DNA of 62,109 bases from Alphaproteobacteria bacterium (GCA_018829385.1 JAHJUC010000361.1:1-62109); one strand, 5' to 3'. Positions 38,328-49,004 are shown, numbered from the stretch's first letter. Notes: generated from the letters alone by a model not told the origin. A program made the numbers and translations.

Positions 38328-38875
38328 TGCGGGCGCTCTCCGTGTTGGGGCAATTGCCCTGTCAGCCGCAATATGGCGGCCACGAGCCGTTCCAGATAAC
38401 CGAGAGCGAGAAGCCCGAAGCCGAGCGGCATGATCAACTGTGGAACATAGAGAGGGGTCTGGGAGGGCTGCAGCGACACTGAGTTAAAAATCCAGTTGGT
38501 ATGCCACATGGTGAAGGTCGCCTGCGTCAGGATCAGCGAGACGGCCAGACCGATCAATGCGGCCATAACGCCCATGAAATCCCGCATCCTGCCGCGCAAG
38601 CCGGACACCAGTGCATCTACGCGCAGTAAACGTTCGGTTCTAAGTGCGTAGAAGAAGCAGGTCAGCGTCATCCACGAAAACAGATAGCCGCTGTACTCAT
38701 CGGAAATCAACGTCGAGAAATTGAAGAAATACCGCCCAAAGACTTCGACGTTGATCAACAGCCCCATGGCCAGAAGCAGGAGGGATGCGACAACGACAAG
38801 CCATTCACCAAGCTGGTCAAAGCCTTTACCTACGGCAACAAACATGCGCGCAAAACGGGTCACGACTTCATCCAT
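38324..38875 (-). CDS. dctQ: TRAP transporter small permease
   Basis: Four TM segments, EV.GRY.F, between dctP and dctM; start uncertain. Confidence 0.9.
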   Translation of the reverse strand: MDEVVTRFARMFVAVGKGFDQLGEWLVVVASLLLLAMGLLINVEVFGRYFFNFSTLISDEYSGYLFSWMTLTCFFYALRTERLLRVDALVSGLRGRMRDFMGVMAALIGLAVSLILTQATFTMWHTNWIFNSVSLQPSQTPLYVPQLIMPLGFGLLALGYLERLVAAILRLTGQLPQHGERPQ

Positions 38876-38936
38876 GTCAGGAGGAAAATGAAGATAGGCT
38901 GCCGGTCGCAATTACGCCGGCAGCACCAATTTCGGA

Positions 38937-39935
38937 TTACTCGCAGGCCTGCGCAACATCATGGAGCATCTTGCCGGCTTTTTCGCCGCTCTGCTTTGTC
39001 CAGTCGTCCCAGATAGAACGGGTGGTGGCGCGAAGCTCGGCTTCCTCCTCTGGAGTCGCGTCGTGCAGAGTCATGCCGGCTTCCTTGAGAGCGGCACGGG
39101 CCGTCTTGTCGCCTTCAATCATCGCTTCACGATATTTTGGGGCCCAATCGATGGCCTTGTCGCGAAGCAGTTTCTGGAGGTCCTCGGGCAGGGCATCGAA
39201 GGCCGCCTTGTTCACGGTTGCGACCTGGTGGGCCAGGGTGACATTCATCATGAACCCGAACTTGGTCACTTCGTTGAACTTCCAGTCCAGGGCCGGGACG
39301 GCAGCGGTGAAGGCGCCATCAACGACGCCGCGCTGCAGTGCCGGGATCACTTCAGCGGGCGTGATGGTCACACCGGTTCCGCCAAGCAACTGCATCATCT
39401 GCACCTGCTCGCGGTTCCAGGCCCGGGCTTTGACGCCTTTAAGGCCAGCAATGCTGTCAACCGGCTCACGCAGCCAGAGCTGCTGCGGCGGCATCACCCA
39501 CTGCATCAATGGAACCGCGCCGAATTTTCCCTCGAAGACGTCTTCCAGATAGGGCTGCGCCACGGCAGCCGCCTTGTCGTAGAACTTGTCGATGGAGGTG
39601 CAGGAAAACGGCATCGAAAGGGCGTTCAGTTCCGGCACATCCCCCGCAACCGAGCCGATGGCCGCATCGCCCATTTGAATCTGGTTGGTCGCTACGGCCT
39701 TCAGGACATCCGATGACTTGTAGGGGAGTTCGCCGGACGCAAATACGTCGATTTTGAGCCGGCCGTCGCTGGCCTTCAGCACGTCTTCGGCAAAGGCGCG
39801 ATGCAACTGGGTCGGTTTATCATTGGCGCCAAAATAGGTGTAGTATGTCCACTGCGTATCGGCGGCGAGTGCCGGCAGCGCCGCAAGCATGGCGGCAGCG
39901 CCCAGGGCAGCTGCGACGGTCTTTCTGTAAAACAT
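38937..39935 (-). CDS. dctP: TRAP substrate-binding protein
   Basis: Signal peptide, LKG.K.R, EVIPALQRGVVDG. Confidence 0.93.
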   Translation of the reverse strand: MFYRKTVAAALGAAAMLAALPALAADTQWTYYTYFGANDKPTQLHRAFAEDVLKASDGRLKIDVFASGELPYKSSDVLKAVATNQIQMGDAAIGSVAGDVPELNALSMPFSCTSIDKFYDKAAAVAQPYLEDVFEGKFGAVPLMQWVMPPQQLWLREPVDSIAGLKGVKARAWNREQVQMMQLLGGTGVTITPAEVIPALQRGVVDGAFTAAVPALDWKFNEVTKFGFMMNVTLAHQVATVNKAAFDALPEDLQKLLRDKAIDWAPKYREAMIEGDKTARAALKEAGMTLHDATPEEEAELRATTRSIWDDWTKQSGEKAGKMLHDVAQACE

Positions 39936-40154
39936 ATGATCTTCCTCCACTGTTGCGATGGCGCAATCGCCGCCACTCTCCAGTGACGGAATTTGAACGC
40001 ACTTACCAAATGTGTCAAGTATTTATGATGTTTTTTGACTGAGTTTGATCATTTCGTTGACAGGCCGCCCGAAAATTCCGATACTTTGCTGATGATGGAG
40101 GGGGTCACATTGTCGAACAATCAGCTCAATGCATCCGATCAGGGGCGCTCACGA

Positions 40155-40940
40155 ATGTCACGGGTGGAACGTATTCCGGCGCAGCGTCACGCTGCTATTC
40201 TGGAACATCTCCGCGCCAACGGGGCGGCGTCGATTTCCGAGCTAACAGAGGCTATGGCTGCGTCTCCGTCGACTGTTCGGCGTGATCTGGATTATCTGGC
40301 GGAGCGTGGCTATGTGGAGCGAACCCATGGCGGCGCCACTCTGAGCGCGACCATTACCGAGGTCGAAAGCTCCATCACCAGTCATATTGCACAGAGGGAA
40401 AAGACAGCCATCGGTCGCTTTGCCGTCAGCTGGGTCAAGCCCAACATGACCATCATCTTCGACAGCGGAACCACTGTGCTGGAGGCCGCCAGGGCAATCT
40501 CCGAAAGCAACCTGCCAATCACCGCCATCACCAATGACCTCGGCATCGCTCAGGTCCTGGGCGGTAGTGGCAACAATCAGGTCATCGTTCCGGGCGGCAC
40601 GCTTCGTCCTGGGTCGCAGACCTTGCTTGGCAATCCCGGCGCCGCCTTTCTGCGCGGAATTCATGTCGATCTGGCCTTTCTGGGTACTCATGCAATCACC
40701 GATAACCTGCTGACCGATTCCTCCCTTGATCTCGCTGACGTTAAGCGTGCAATGATCCAGGCAGCGCGCCATGTCGTGGTGCTCGTCGACAGCAGCAAAT
40801 TTGGACCGACATGCAATTTCGACATCTGCACATTGGCCGAAATTGACGAGGTCATTTCGGACAGCAGGCTTTCGGAGAGCAATCGGAAAGCCACCGAAGC
40901 CCACGGCGTAAAGGTATCTATCGCCCAGGTGATCGAGTGA
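40155..40940 (+). CDS. DeoR/GlpR-family regulator
   Basis: S.STVRRDL..L, RTHGGA, DSGTT, DSSKF. Confidence 0.93.
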   Translation: MSRVERIPAQRHAAILEHLRANGAASISELTEAMAASPSTVRRDLDYLAERGYVERTHGGATLSATITEVESSITSHIAQREKTAIGRFAVSWVKPNMTIIFDSGTTVLEAARAISESNLPITAITNDLGIAQVLGGSGNNQVIVPGGTLRPGSQTLLGNPGAAFLRGIHVDLAFLGTHAITDNLLTDSSLDLADVKRAMIQAARHVVVLVDSSKFGPTCNFDICTLAEIDEVISDSRLSESNRKATEAHGVKVSIAQVIE

Positions 40941-42025
40941 CAGGAAATTGCAATCAGAAGCGGATCCGTTTGCTGGCCGACGATCTGACGGGTGCTCTGG
41001 ATTCGGGAGCCAAGTTTTCGCGACGATTCGGTTCCCTTCTTATCGGCTTTCGGTACGCAAACTCTTTGCCGCGCGGAAACCTCGGGTTCGACTGCGGCAC
41101 ACGTGACGCCACGGCGGAAACAGCGCAGGCACGCAACACCGCTCTTGGCGGCTTTTTCCATGATGCCGATATCGCCATGCGGAAGGTGGACACGTTGCTG
41201 CGCGGGCATACTTTCGAGGAAGTCGCGCTTAATTATCGCCTTGGCGGGTTCAGGTCGGCCGTGTTCGCACCGGCATTTCCGGAGCAGGGCAGGGTAACCC
41301 AGGACGGTCGGCAATGGACACATCAGGGCGAAGACTTAGTCGACGTCGCCGGACCGCTGGCTGACCGCTTTCGTGAGGCAGGGATCTCGCCGATTATCGC
41401 CGCTACTCCTGACAAAATTGTTGGTTCCGGGTTTTTCATCTGCGACGCCACCACCACGACAGATCTCAAGCACATCGTAGCAGCCGGGCATGGGCTAGAG
41501 GGCCCGGTGCTGTGGTGCGGTGCAGCCGGGCTGGCGGAGGCGCTAGGAGGCGGGGCAGAACTCAAAAAGCTGCCGCAGCGGCCGTGCCTCGTAATTGTCG
41601 GCTCCTATCACCAGCGCTCCCGCACCCAACTGGCCGCGCTGGGAGAGGCATTTCCACGCTCGATGATGATCGCAACCAGCCGGGAATGTACGTGTGGCAT
41701 CGCCAGCGCCGATGGCCTGTCGGTGCTAGGCTTCGATCTCAAGCGCGTTCAGGAAGCAGACATGGCTGACGCTGTCGCGGAAGCCCTCCAGATGCGCTTG
41801 AACACCTTGTCTGCTCCGCCGGGCTATCTGGTCGCGACCGGCGGAGAAACACTTCGGACAATTGCGGAAACGATGGGCGCGACGATGTTTCGCGTCACCG
41901 GTGAAATAGAAAATGGAATTCCGTTATCGCATTTGGAGGGAGGGAAATGGGATGGCGTTGCCGTGGTCTCAAAATCTGGTGCCTTCGGCGATACCCAAAC
42001 CTTGGTACGGCTAGCTGCCGCATAG
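40937..42025 (+). CDS. Four-carbon acid sugar kinase (DUF1537, DtnK/DenK-like)
   Basis: ADDLTGA.D, KVDTLLRG, PAFP..GR.T, TGGET, KSGAFG. Confidence 0.9.
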   Translation: MTGNCNQKRIRLLADDLTGALDSGAKFSRRFGSLLIGFRYANSLPRGNLGFDCGTRDATAETAQARNTALGGFFHDADIAMRKVDTLLRGHTFEEVALNYRLGGFRSAVFAPAFPEQGRVTQDGRQWTHQGEDLVDVAGPLADRFREAGISPIIAATPDKIVGSGFFICDATTTTDLKHIVAAGHGLEGPVLWCGAAGLAEALGGGAELKKLPQRPCLVIVGSYHQRSRTQLAALGEAFPRSMMIATSRECTCGIASADGLSVLGFDLKRVQEADMADAVAEALQMRLNTLSAPPGYLVATGGETLRTIAETMGATMFRVTGEIENGIPLSHLEGGKWDGVAVVSKSGAFGDTQTLVRLAAA

Positions 42026-42059
42026 CCTCGCTTCTCATTAAAGTCTCAGGAGAATAAAC

Positions 42060-43109
42060 TTGAACATCAAACCCAGCCCCCGCCTAGCCGTAACAATGGG
42101 CGATCCAGCAGGCATCGGACCCGAGATCGTATTGAAGGCCGTTGCAAAGCTCGAACCGCGCATTACCGCCGGCGAGTTGAGCCTTTCGATCGTCGGGGCA
42201 CGTTCGTGCTTTCAACAAGCCGCTGAAGCACTGAAGATTGAGGCGGACTGGCTCGAGCGCGATGTGCCCGGCATCACGATGGTTGATCTGGACACTGCCC
42301 ATGACAAGATCGAGTTCGGCAAGACCTCCGCCGACGCAGGCAGGCTTGCATACCTAGCAATCGAGGAAGCGGTAAGACTCTGCCTGACCGGCCAGGCGGA
42401 TGCCATTGTCACCGCTCCCATCAGCAAGGAATCAGTCAATCTCGCGGGCTACGCATTCTCCGGTCACACGGAATTGCTGGCCCACCTTACTGGCGCCAGG
42501 GACTCGGTGATGCTGCTCGTGCATGGCGACATGCGCGTCTCGCACGTATCCACCCATGTAGCCCTGTCCGAGGCCGTCCGCAGGCTGACACCCGAGCGTC
42601 TATCGCGCGTGGTGCATCTGACCGATGAAGCACTCCGGGATCTCGGCATTGAGCGTCGGCGGATAGCGGTAGCTGCCCTCAATCCGCATGCGGGTGAAGG
42701 TGGCATGTTCGGCACCGAAGACCTCACCGTCACCACTCCGACCGTGGAGTCGTTGCGTCATCAGGGATACAATGTGGAAGGGCCGGTGCCCGGCGACACT
42801 GTGTTCGTTAAGCTGCGGGCCCGTCAGTATGACGCGGTCATCGCCGCCTATCATGATCAGGGCCATATCCCGGTCAAGCTGCTCGGCTTCTCGGTGGATC
42901 CGGATACGGGGCTGTGGGAGGCGTTGAGCGGCGTCAACGTGACGCTTGGGCTGCCCATTGTACGCACCTCGGTCGACCATGGTACGGCGTTCGACATCGC
43001 AGGAAAAGGCACCGCCGGCGAGGGCAGCTTGCTCGAAGCTATCGACCTTGGCATCACACTCGCCGCAGCGAGAGCCGTCACACTCAAACAGGCGTTGGTG
43101 CACGGATAA
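42060..43109 (+). CDS. pdxA2: PdxA-family dehydrogenase, PdxA2-type (4-phospho-threonate/erythronate)
   Basis: GDPAGIGPE, GHTE, LNPHAGE, YHDQG, RTSVDHGTAFDIAG; adjacent to the DUF1537 kinase. Confidence 0.88.
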   Translation: MNIKPSPRLAVTMGDPAGIGPEIVLKAVAKLEPRITAGELSLSIVGARSCFQQAAEALKIEADWLERDVPGITMVDLDTAHDKIEFGKTSADAGRLAYLAIEEAVRLCLTGQADAIVTAPISKESVNLAGYAFSGHTELLAHLTGARDSVMLLVHGDMRVSHVSTHVALSEAVRRLTPERLSRVVHLTDEALRDLGIERRRIAVAALNPHAGEGGMFGTEDLTVTTPTVESLRHQGYNVEGPVPGDTVFVKLRARQYDAVIAAYHDQGHIPVKLLGFSVDPDTGLWEALSGVNVTLGLPIVRTSVDHGTAFDIAGKGTAGEGSLLEAIDLGITLAAARAVTLKQALVHG

Positions 43110-43319
43110 GATCTCAACGTTTTGCATCTATGTGGCCAGGATCGAAAGTAGCATGATTGGTCCGACAGTTAGCTTCGCCTTAACATAAAGGGCGGTATTT
43201 TACGGCAAGAGCCCGAACCCGCCGGCCGATGTTGCGACGCCTCGACATAAGCGTCATCGTTTGGCTCTGATGCAAGCTTTTGATATGGTGAGGAAAAAAC
43301 CGTCTTGGATATGCGGTCA

Positions 43320-43458
43320 GACTGCCGCAGGATGGTGTCATGACTGACCGGCATGCCGAGCCGCAGCATCAACCGCTCGCCTGGACGGTCGCCGGCGCTG
43401 TGGCCGAGCAGGACGACGATCTCTCCGACCCTTCTCGTCCGACGCGCGTATGGATCAG
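43320..43458 (-). mobile_element. ISL3-family transposase internal fragment
   Basis: Translates PYARRTRRVGEIVVLLGHSAGDRPGERLMLRLGMPVSHDTILRQ. Confidence 0.65.
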
Positions 43459-43459
43459 C

Positions 43460-43580
43460 TGTCTGACAGCAGCCCCCTTGAGACAGATACTGGTTGATTG
43501 AGAAGGGAGTATTTCTGGTTCATCGTAGCTCGATCAAAGGAAGCGAAGATGAGACAGAAAACCGGGCCGCAGAAACCTGC
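43460..43580 (+). mobile_element. IS3-family left-end fragment
   Basis: The orfA-like start MRQKTGPQKPA is abruptly joined to an oppositely oriented IS fragment. Confidence 0.5.
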
Positions 43581-43945
43581 CGGACTGCTCCCCCTCCCGC
43601 CGAAGCAGAACGAACAGCCGTCGGTATCTGAAACGTCGGCGCTCATTGGACAGTTCGCGCAGCCTCAATCGCAGTTCGACCTCCGGCGGTCGGCAGGACC
43701 GATAGCGGACCATCTTGCGGTCGGCGGAAATGATCTGGCAGGCCCGCCGTTCCGAAAGCCCCATATCGGTCTTCAGATGCGTGACCGAGTCTCGCTTGGC
43801 GGTATGCCCTACCATTATTATTTGCGAGAAGCTCGCGGAGTGCTGCTACGTCCAGCATTTGCTCGGCCAGCAGCTTCTTCATTTGTCCGTCCTCTGATGG
43901 GCCGGACTCTAATCAATTTTGGAGGAAACTCGCAGTGACAGGTCA
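43580..43945 (-). mobile_element. IS3-family (IS407 group) remnant
   Basis: TG-starting end at 43945; internally deleted orfA (MKKLLAEQMLDVAALRELL) and orfB start (SERRAC...RRRF.YRRL..LLRREG). Confidence 0.85.
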
Positions 43946-43957
43946 GTCTGAAATGCT

Positions 43958-45478
43958 TCAGGTTGGCAGCCGTCTCTCAAAGGGAAGCGGAACGGCGTCA
44001 CACCGCCTGATCACTTCATTGAAGAGTGGAACAAGAAACGCGTTCTGTGCTTCGACCTGCCTGTGCTGACGCAAGAAGGCAGGCATCCTGTCCCGGATTT
44101 CGGCAAGAATTGCATCTTCATCCAGATCCGTGAAACAACCGTCGCGGATAACGAACCTACCGTCGATCATGACACTCTCTACGGCGCTGCCGTTCTCGCA
44201 ATATACCAACTGACTGGCAACGTCGGACAGGGGAGTGAAAGCAGTTCCACGCGATGGATCAAGAATTACCAGATCGGCTTGTTTGCCAACTTCGAGGGAT
44301 CCGGTGGTCTTTTCCAGCATTGCGGCTTTGGCTCCGCCGGTCGTTGCTGCCTTAAGGACCTCGTCAGAGGTAAGGCCGAAGTCCGGCCCCTGGCAGGTGG
44401 CCGTGGACACTAGGCCGGCCACGCGAATAACGTCAAACAGCCGCATCGTGTCGTTCGAAGAGGCCCCGTCGGTTCCCAGGGACAGGTTCACCCCGGCGTC
44501 CAGAAGTCGCCTGACCGGGGCGAGACCCGAGCCAAGCTTGAGATTGGCCAGCGCGTTCCATGAGACCGAAACGCCGGCCTCTCCCATCATTTCGATATCG
44601 TTGTCGTTGACCCAGACGGCGTGGGCCATCAGGACTTCCGGACCGAGCAGGCCGTGTTCGCTCATGAAGCGCACGATGGAACCGCCGAACAGTATCTCGG
44701 CCGTTACGGCCTGCGAACGGGTTTCCAGCACATGCGTATGGTAGGGGACCTGCCATTGCCGGGCCAGGTCCCGGCATGCCTGCATCAATTCGATGCTGCA
44801 GCGCTGCGGGCCGGAAGGGGCCAGCATGTAGCGCAACCGGCCGTCTCCGCTTCCATGCAGTGTGCGGAAAACTTCGCTGCAGTATTCCGCATATTCCGCA
44901 GCCCCGGTGAGCGGGAAATCGAGCTGTGCCTGGATCTCCACCGGGAACACCTCGCGGGCATGGGCAAGCGTGTCGAGATAGGGCAGGTTCATGAGGCCGC
45001 TGGACACGTTGGCGCGGATGCCGGCCTCGTCATAGGCCCGAAACACAGTCCCCAGCCGTTCCAGATCGTGGGTGGGCGGATCGAAGAAGTCATCGGAGAT
45101 CATCGTCACTCCGGAGCGTAGTGATTCGATGGCCACGAGGAGGCTGCGCAGACGGAGCATCTCAAGATCGGGAGGTCCTGAGCCGAGGAACGGGTATGAC
45201 CAGCAGAGCCAACTCTCCAGCGGCATTCGCTGGTAGCGTCCGCGCAGGAACATCTCGCTTGAGTGAAGGTGGGCGTTAACGAGCCCGGGCATCACCACCC
45301 GGCCGGCCGCCTCGACTGTTTGTGTCCCGTCTGGTGCCGTTAGATCTTCGCCCAGACCGGTGATACGTCCAGCCTCGATCAGAATGTCCGCCCGGCGCGG
45401 GGTGACTTTTTCTCCAGCCGTCATGGTCAGAACGTCGGCGCCGCGGATAAGGATTGCGCTTGCAGGATTGTTGCTCAT
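43958..45478 (-). CDS. Metal-dependent amidohydrolase (AtzA/MtaD/cytosine-deaminase-like)
   Basis: PGLVNAHLH, HTHVLE, AHAVW, NLKLGSG, LGTDG, GSLEVGKQAD. Confidence 0.92.
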   Translation of the reverse strand: MSNNPASAILIRGADVLTMTAGEKVTPRRADILIEAGRITGLGEDLTAPDGTQTVEAAGRVVMPGLVNAHLHSSEMFLRGRYQRMPLESWLCWSYPFLGSGPPDLEMLRLRSLLVAIESLRSGVTMISDDFFDPPTHDLERLGTVFRAYDEAGIRANVSSGLMNLPYLDTLAHAREVFPVEIQAQLDFPLTGAAEYAEYCSEVFRTLHGSGDGRLRYMLAPSGPQRCSIELMQACRDLARQWQVPYHTHVLETRSQAVTAEILFGGSIVRFMSEHGLLGPEVLMAHAVWVNDNDIEMMGEAGVSVSWNALANLKLGSGLAPVRRLLDAGVNLSLGTDGASSNDTMRLFDVIRVAGLVSTATCQGPDFGLTSDEVLKAATTGGAKAAMLEKTTGSLEVGKQADLVILDPSRGTAFTPLSDVASQLVYCENGSAVESVMIDGRFVIRDGCFTDLDEDAILAEIRDRMPAFLRQHRQVEAQNAFLVPLFNEVIRRCDAVPLPFERRLPT

Positions 45479-46362
45479 TGCTGTCCGAGTTCCCTGCTCG
45501 AAACTGCATTCCCGCCGCGAATCCGGGCTGAGATCCAGAGCCCGATAACCGTCGCGACATAAGGCAGGGCGAGCAACAGGCTGCTTGGGATCCGGTCTCC
45601 ATAGGCCAGTTGCGCCCGAATGCCGAGTGCTCCGACCAGGGCGAAGAAGAAGGCGGCGAGCGTTGCGCCGACCGGATGCCCGGCCCCGAAAATAACCGCT
45701 GCGAAACTCATGAACCCGCGTCCTGCGGTCATGTTGACGGAGAATATCTGGAGGCTTCCCGCCGCCAGCTCAGCGCCGCCAAGCGCGCAAAGAGGTCCGC
45801 CCAGAAGAAGCGCCACCAGCCGCATCTTGGCGGGGTTTACACCGGTTGCCCGGGCGGCGAACGGGTGTTCTCCGCAAGCCGCGAGCCTGAGGCCGAAACG
45901 GGTCCGGCACAACAGCAGCCAGCATGCCAGGATGACGAACGGCATGGCGGCGACCAGAACGGACAGTCCGCCGAAGGCTCCGAAGGCGGGCCCGATGCGC
46001 GGCAAGCCGAACGGCGCGCTGACGGCGGCTTCGCTGCCGAATATGGCTGTCAATGCGAGCGCGGTGCCGCCAAGTCCGAGCCCGGTCAGGCCGAGGCCGG
46101 CTATGATTTGGTTGGCTTTCAACACCTCGACGACAAACCAGAAAAGCACCGCAAGCAGGCAGCAGAACAAGGCTCCGGCGACCAGCCCCACGACAACCGA
46201 CTGCGCAAGCACGATGCCGACGATGGTGGCGCAGGCGCCGGTTATCATCATTCCTTCAAGGCCAAGGTGCCAGATGCCTGCACGCTGGGCTATCACGCCC
46301 GCGAGAGCGACATACACCAGCGGTGTGCCAGAACGCAGGAAGGCGACAATCAGGTCTTCCAT
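45475..46362 (-). CDS. Nucleoside-type ABC permease
   Basis: GLEGMM, GLRL.A.GEHP.AA, AGRGF, ALPY. Confidence 0.92.
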   Translation of the reverse strand: MEDLIVAFLRSGTPLVYVALAGVIAQRAGIWHLGLEGMMITGACATIVGIVLAQSVVVGLVAGALFCCLLAVLFWFVVEVLKANQIIAGLGLTGLGLGGTALALTAIFGSEAAVSAPFGLPRIGPAFGAFGGLSVLVAAMPFVILACWLLLCRTRFGLRLAACGEHPFAARATGVNPAKMRLVALLLGGPLCALGGAELAAGSLQIFSVNMTAGRGFMSFAAVIFGAGHPVGATLAAFFFALVGALGIRAQLAYGDRIPSSLLLALPYVATVIGLWISARIRGGNAVSSRELGQQ

Positions 46363-46366
46363 GTCT

Positions 46367-47398
46367 CTATCTCCTGAACCAGGTCAACAGGGCACGCAAG
46401 GCTCCGGCTTTCGCCGTGATGAAGAGCGCGATGGAGGCGTGAATAATGTCGATTGCCGCTGAAGGAAGCCCGGTCATGATCGGCAACCAGAGTCCCGAAG
46501 AGGTCAGTGCGCCAAAGAACAGTGCTATGAACCCAGCGGCGACGATCGACATGCCGGCCACCAGCGCGATCAGGATCGCGGTGAAACCGTGATCGGGCAG
46601 GAAGCCGCTTGCAAGCCGGCCGTTCGGACCGAGCAGTTCGACCGAGCCTGCAAGACCGGCCAGGGCGCCTGACAGTACGAATGCACTGACGGCGATCCGC
46701 TGCACCTTCGCCCCCTGCCAGGTCACCATGACGGGGTTGCGTCCGGCAAGTCCCGACAGGATTCCGAACGAGGTCCTGTTGACGAGCCACCAGCCCAGCA
46801 TCACGACAAGGCCAGCCAGTATGATGATCACCGGAGAGCTTCCGCTCGATTCCGAGATGCGCCACGCCGCGTCGACAGGACGCGAGGACGCCTGCTGGCC
46901 CGAACCCGACGGATCCTTGAGAGGCCCTGAGGTCACGTGAACCAGCAGCTGCGCGGCGATGAAGTTGCCCATCATCGTGGTGATCACCTCATCCGCACCG
47001 GCCTTCACCCGGAGCAGCGCCGGCCAGAGCGCCCAAAGGGCCCCGCCCGCCATTCCCGCGAGCAGACACGCCGGAACAGCCACGAATGCCGGGCTTCCAC
47101 GCAGCCATTCCGCAGCAAACGCCGCACAGATCGCCCCGAGGTAAAATTGTCCCTGGGCCCCAATGTTGAAGTAGCCGGCCCGGAAGCTGATGACGACGCC
47201 GACTGCGGTGATCAGCAGCGGCAGGCCCCAGCGCAGGATGTGATTGAGTGCGTTCGGCCGGAAGAATGCTCCGTCGATGATTGCAGCCAGCGTGCCGGTG
47301 GCCGACAGGCCGACCGCTGCAAAGATCAGGCTGCAAAGGACCAGTGCCAGCACGATGAAGGCGCCGGTCTGGATTACGGGAAACAGGCGTCCGGTCAT
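46367..47398 (-). CDS. Nucleoside-type ABC permease
   Basis: FRAGYFNIGAQGQ, EVITT.M.N, SGALAGLAG, GFTAI.IAL. Confidence 0.92.
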   Translation of the reverse strand: MTGRLFPVIQTGAFIVLALVLCSLIFAAVGLSATGTLAAIIDGAFFRPNALNHILRWGLPLLITAVGVVISFRAGYFNIGAQGQFYLGAICAAFAAEWLRGSPAFVAVPACLLAGMAGGALWALWPALLRVKAGADEVITTMMGNFIAAQLLVHVTSGPLKDPSGSGQQASSRPVDAAWRISESSGSSPVIIILAGLVVMLGWWLVNRTSFGILSGLAGRNPVMVTWQGAKVQRIAVSAFVLSGALAGLAGSVELLGPNGRLASGFLPDHGFTAILIALVAGMSIVAAGFIALFFGALTSSGLWLPIMTGLPSAAIDIIHASIALFITAKAGALRALLTWFRR

Positions 47399-48996
47399 GA
47401 TCTCGCTTCCTGTGCAGATTGCCTGCCAGCGGCGGTCATTGCGCGCCCGACAGCTTGGATGTCCCATGGCGCGGTGAACTCGGCCACGGCCTGACCCGAA
47501 ACCATGACCACAATGCGGTCGCAGATATCGAACAACTCGTCGAGGTCAGACGAAACCAGCAGTATTCCGGCGCCGTCGTTGCGGGCTTCCCGCAGGGCTT
47601 TCCAGACTGCCATGGTCGCGCCGATGTCCAGCCCCCGGGTCGGTTGTGCCGCGAGTATGAGCTTCGCGCCGGAATCCATCTCGCGTGAGAGGATGACTTT
47701 CTGGGCATTGCCGCCCGACAAAGATCCGGCAGGTTGGCCCGCATCGCTGAAACGCACATCCCAGGCTCTGAATGCCTTCTCTGCGGATTGCCGCAAGGCA
47801 CGCGGGCTGACCGGTGCGAGCAATGCGCCCCCGACAAGCTGGGCTGCACTCCAGTTCTCCCAAAGCGGGCTTGAGAGAGACAGCCCTTCCACATTGCGTT
47901 CGAACGGAATCACCCTGAGGCCCGCATCCCGTCGGGCCGCCAGGGGGGCCTTGTCCATGCGCTTGTCGGCCAGCGATATCTCGCCTGATGTCAACGGGTC
48001 GAGGCCTGCGATGGCGGCGACCAGTTCGCGTTGGCCATTGCCTTCGACACCAGCAATGCCGACTATTTCTCCACCGCGGATCGACAGGTTCACATCGTTC
48101 AGGCCTTTGCCGCCTGAGTGCGGCGAAGTGGAGACCGCCCGCAGGACAAGCGCGGGTGGGGTGTCCGGTCTGGAATGTTCATCATGCTGTTGCGCACCGG
48201 CACCAACCAGCGCGGCACGGTCCGCCGCATCAAGCCGTGCGGCAGTTTCGCCGATGATCAGTTCCGCGAGGCTTTCGGCGGTAAGATCCCGCGCCTCCAG
48301 CGGACCCGCGACGAGCCTTCCGCCGCGCAGAACGGTGACAGTGTCGGCGATGGCGAGAACTTCGCGGATCTTGTGCAGCACCAGCATCACCGTCACACCC
48401 TTGCCGCGGAGTTCGCGAACCCGTGTAAAAAGGCGTTCCGTCCCCTCCGGTGAGAGCACCGCGGTGGGTTCATCGAGAATCAGAAGTCGCGCATCGGAAA
48501 CCATTGCCCGGGCAATCTCGGCGGATTGCTGCATCTCAATTGGGAGGTCACGGATACGGGCACCCGCATCGAGGCCGAGTCCAAGTCCGTCCAGCCAGGC
48601 CTGCCAGTACCGCTCAATGCCCTGCCTGGTGAATAGGCCGGGCCTGGGGCCGACGAATTGCAACACTTCCGCGACCGTGAACGAGGGCGGCAGGGCAAAG
48701 CTCTGGTGGACCAGTTCCACCCCGGCCCCTCGGGCTTCTGCAACATTGCCGCCCGCCAGCGCCTGTCCGAAGACCGCGATCGATCCCTCGGCAGGCTGCA
48801 CCAAACCGGCCGCGACGCGCGCAAACGTGGTCTTGCCAGCGCCGTTCTGTCCGAGCACCGCATGTATGCGCCCCGGTTCGAAGCGGGCGGAGACCTCGCC
48901 AAGGGCTGTGACGTCCCCATAGCGGACGGTCACCGCCTCGGCGGTCAAGGCAGGCGCCGATGCGCCTGCCTCCTGGTGAAGGTGATCCCGGTTCAT
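47395..48996 (-). CDS. Two-domain ABC ATPase (CUT2/Nup-type)
   Basis: GQNGAGKT, LILDEPTAVL, GIAGVEGNGQ, LSGGNAQK, QPTRGLDIGA. Confidence 0.95.
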   Translation of the reverse strand: MNRDHLHQEAGASAPALTAEAVTVRYGDVTALGEVSARFEPGRIHAVLGQNGAGKTTFARVAAGLVQPAEGSIAVFGQALAGGNVAEARGAGVELVHQSFALPPSFTVAEVLQFVGPRPGLFTRQGIERYWQAWLDGLGLGLDAGARIRDLPIEMQQSAEIARAMVSDARLLILDEPTAVLSPEGTERLFTRVRELRGKGVTVMLVLHKIREVLAIADTVTVLRGGRLVAGPLEARDLTAESLAELIIGETAARLDAADRAALVGAGAQQHDEHSRPDTPPALVLRAVSTSPHSGGKGLNDVNLSIRGGEIVGIAGVEGNGQRELVAAIAGLDPLTSGEISLADKRMDKAPLAARRDAGLRVIPFERNVEGLSLSSPLWENWSAAQLVGGALLAPVSPRALRQSAEKAFRAWDVRFSDAGQPAGSLSGGNAQKVILSREMDSGAKLILAAQPTRGLDIGATMAVWKALREARNDGAGILLVSSDLDELFDICDRIVVMVSGQAVAEFTAPWDIQAVGRAMTAAGRQSAQEARS

Positions 48997-49004
48997 CACC
49001 GGCC

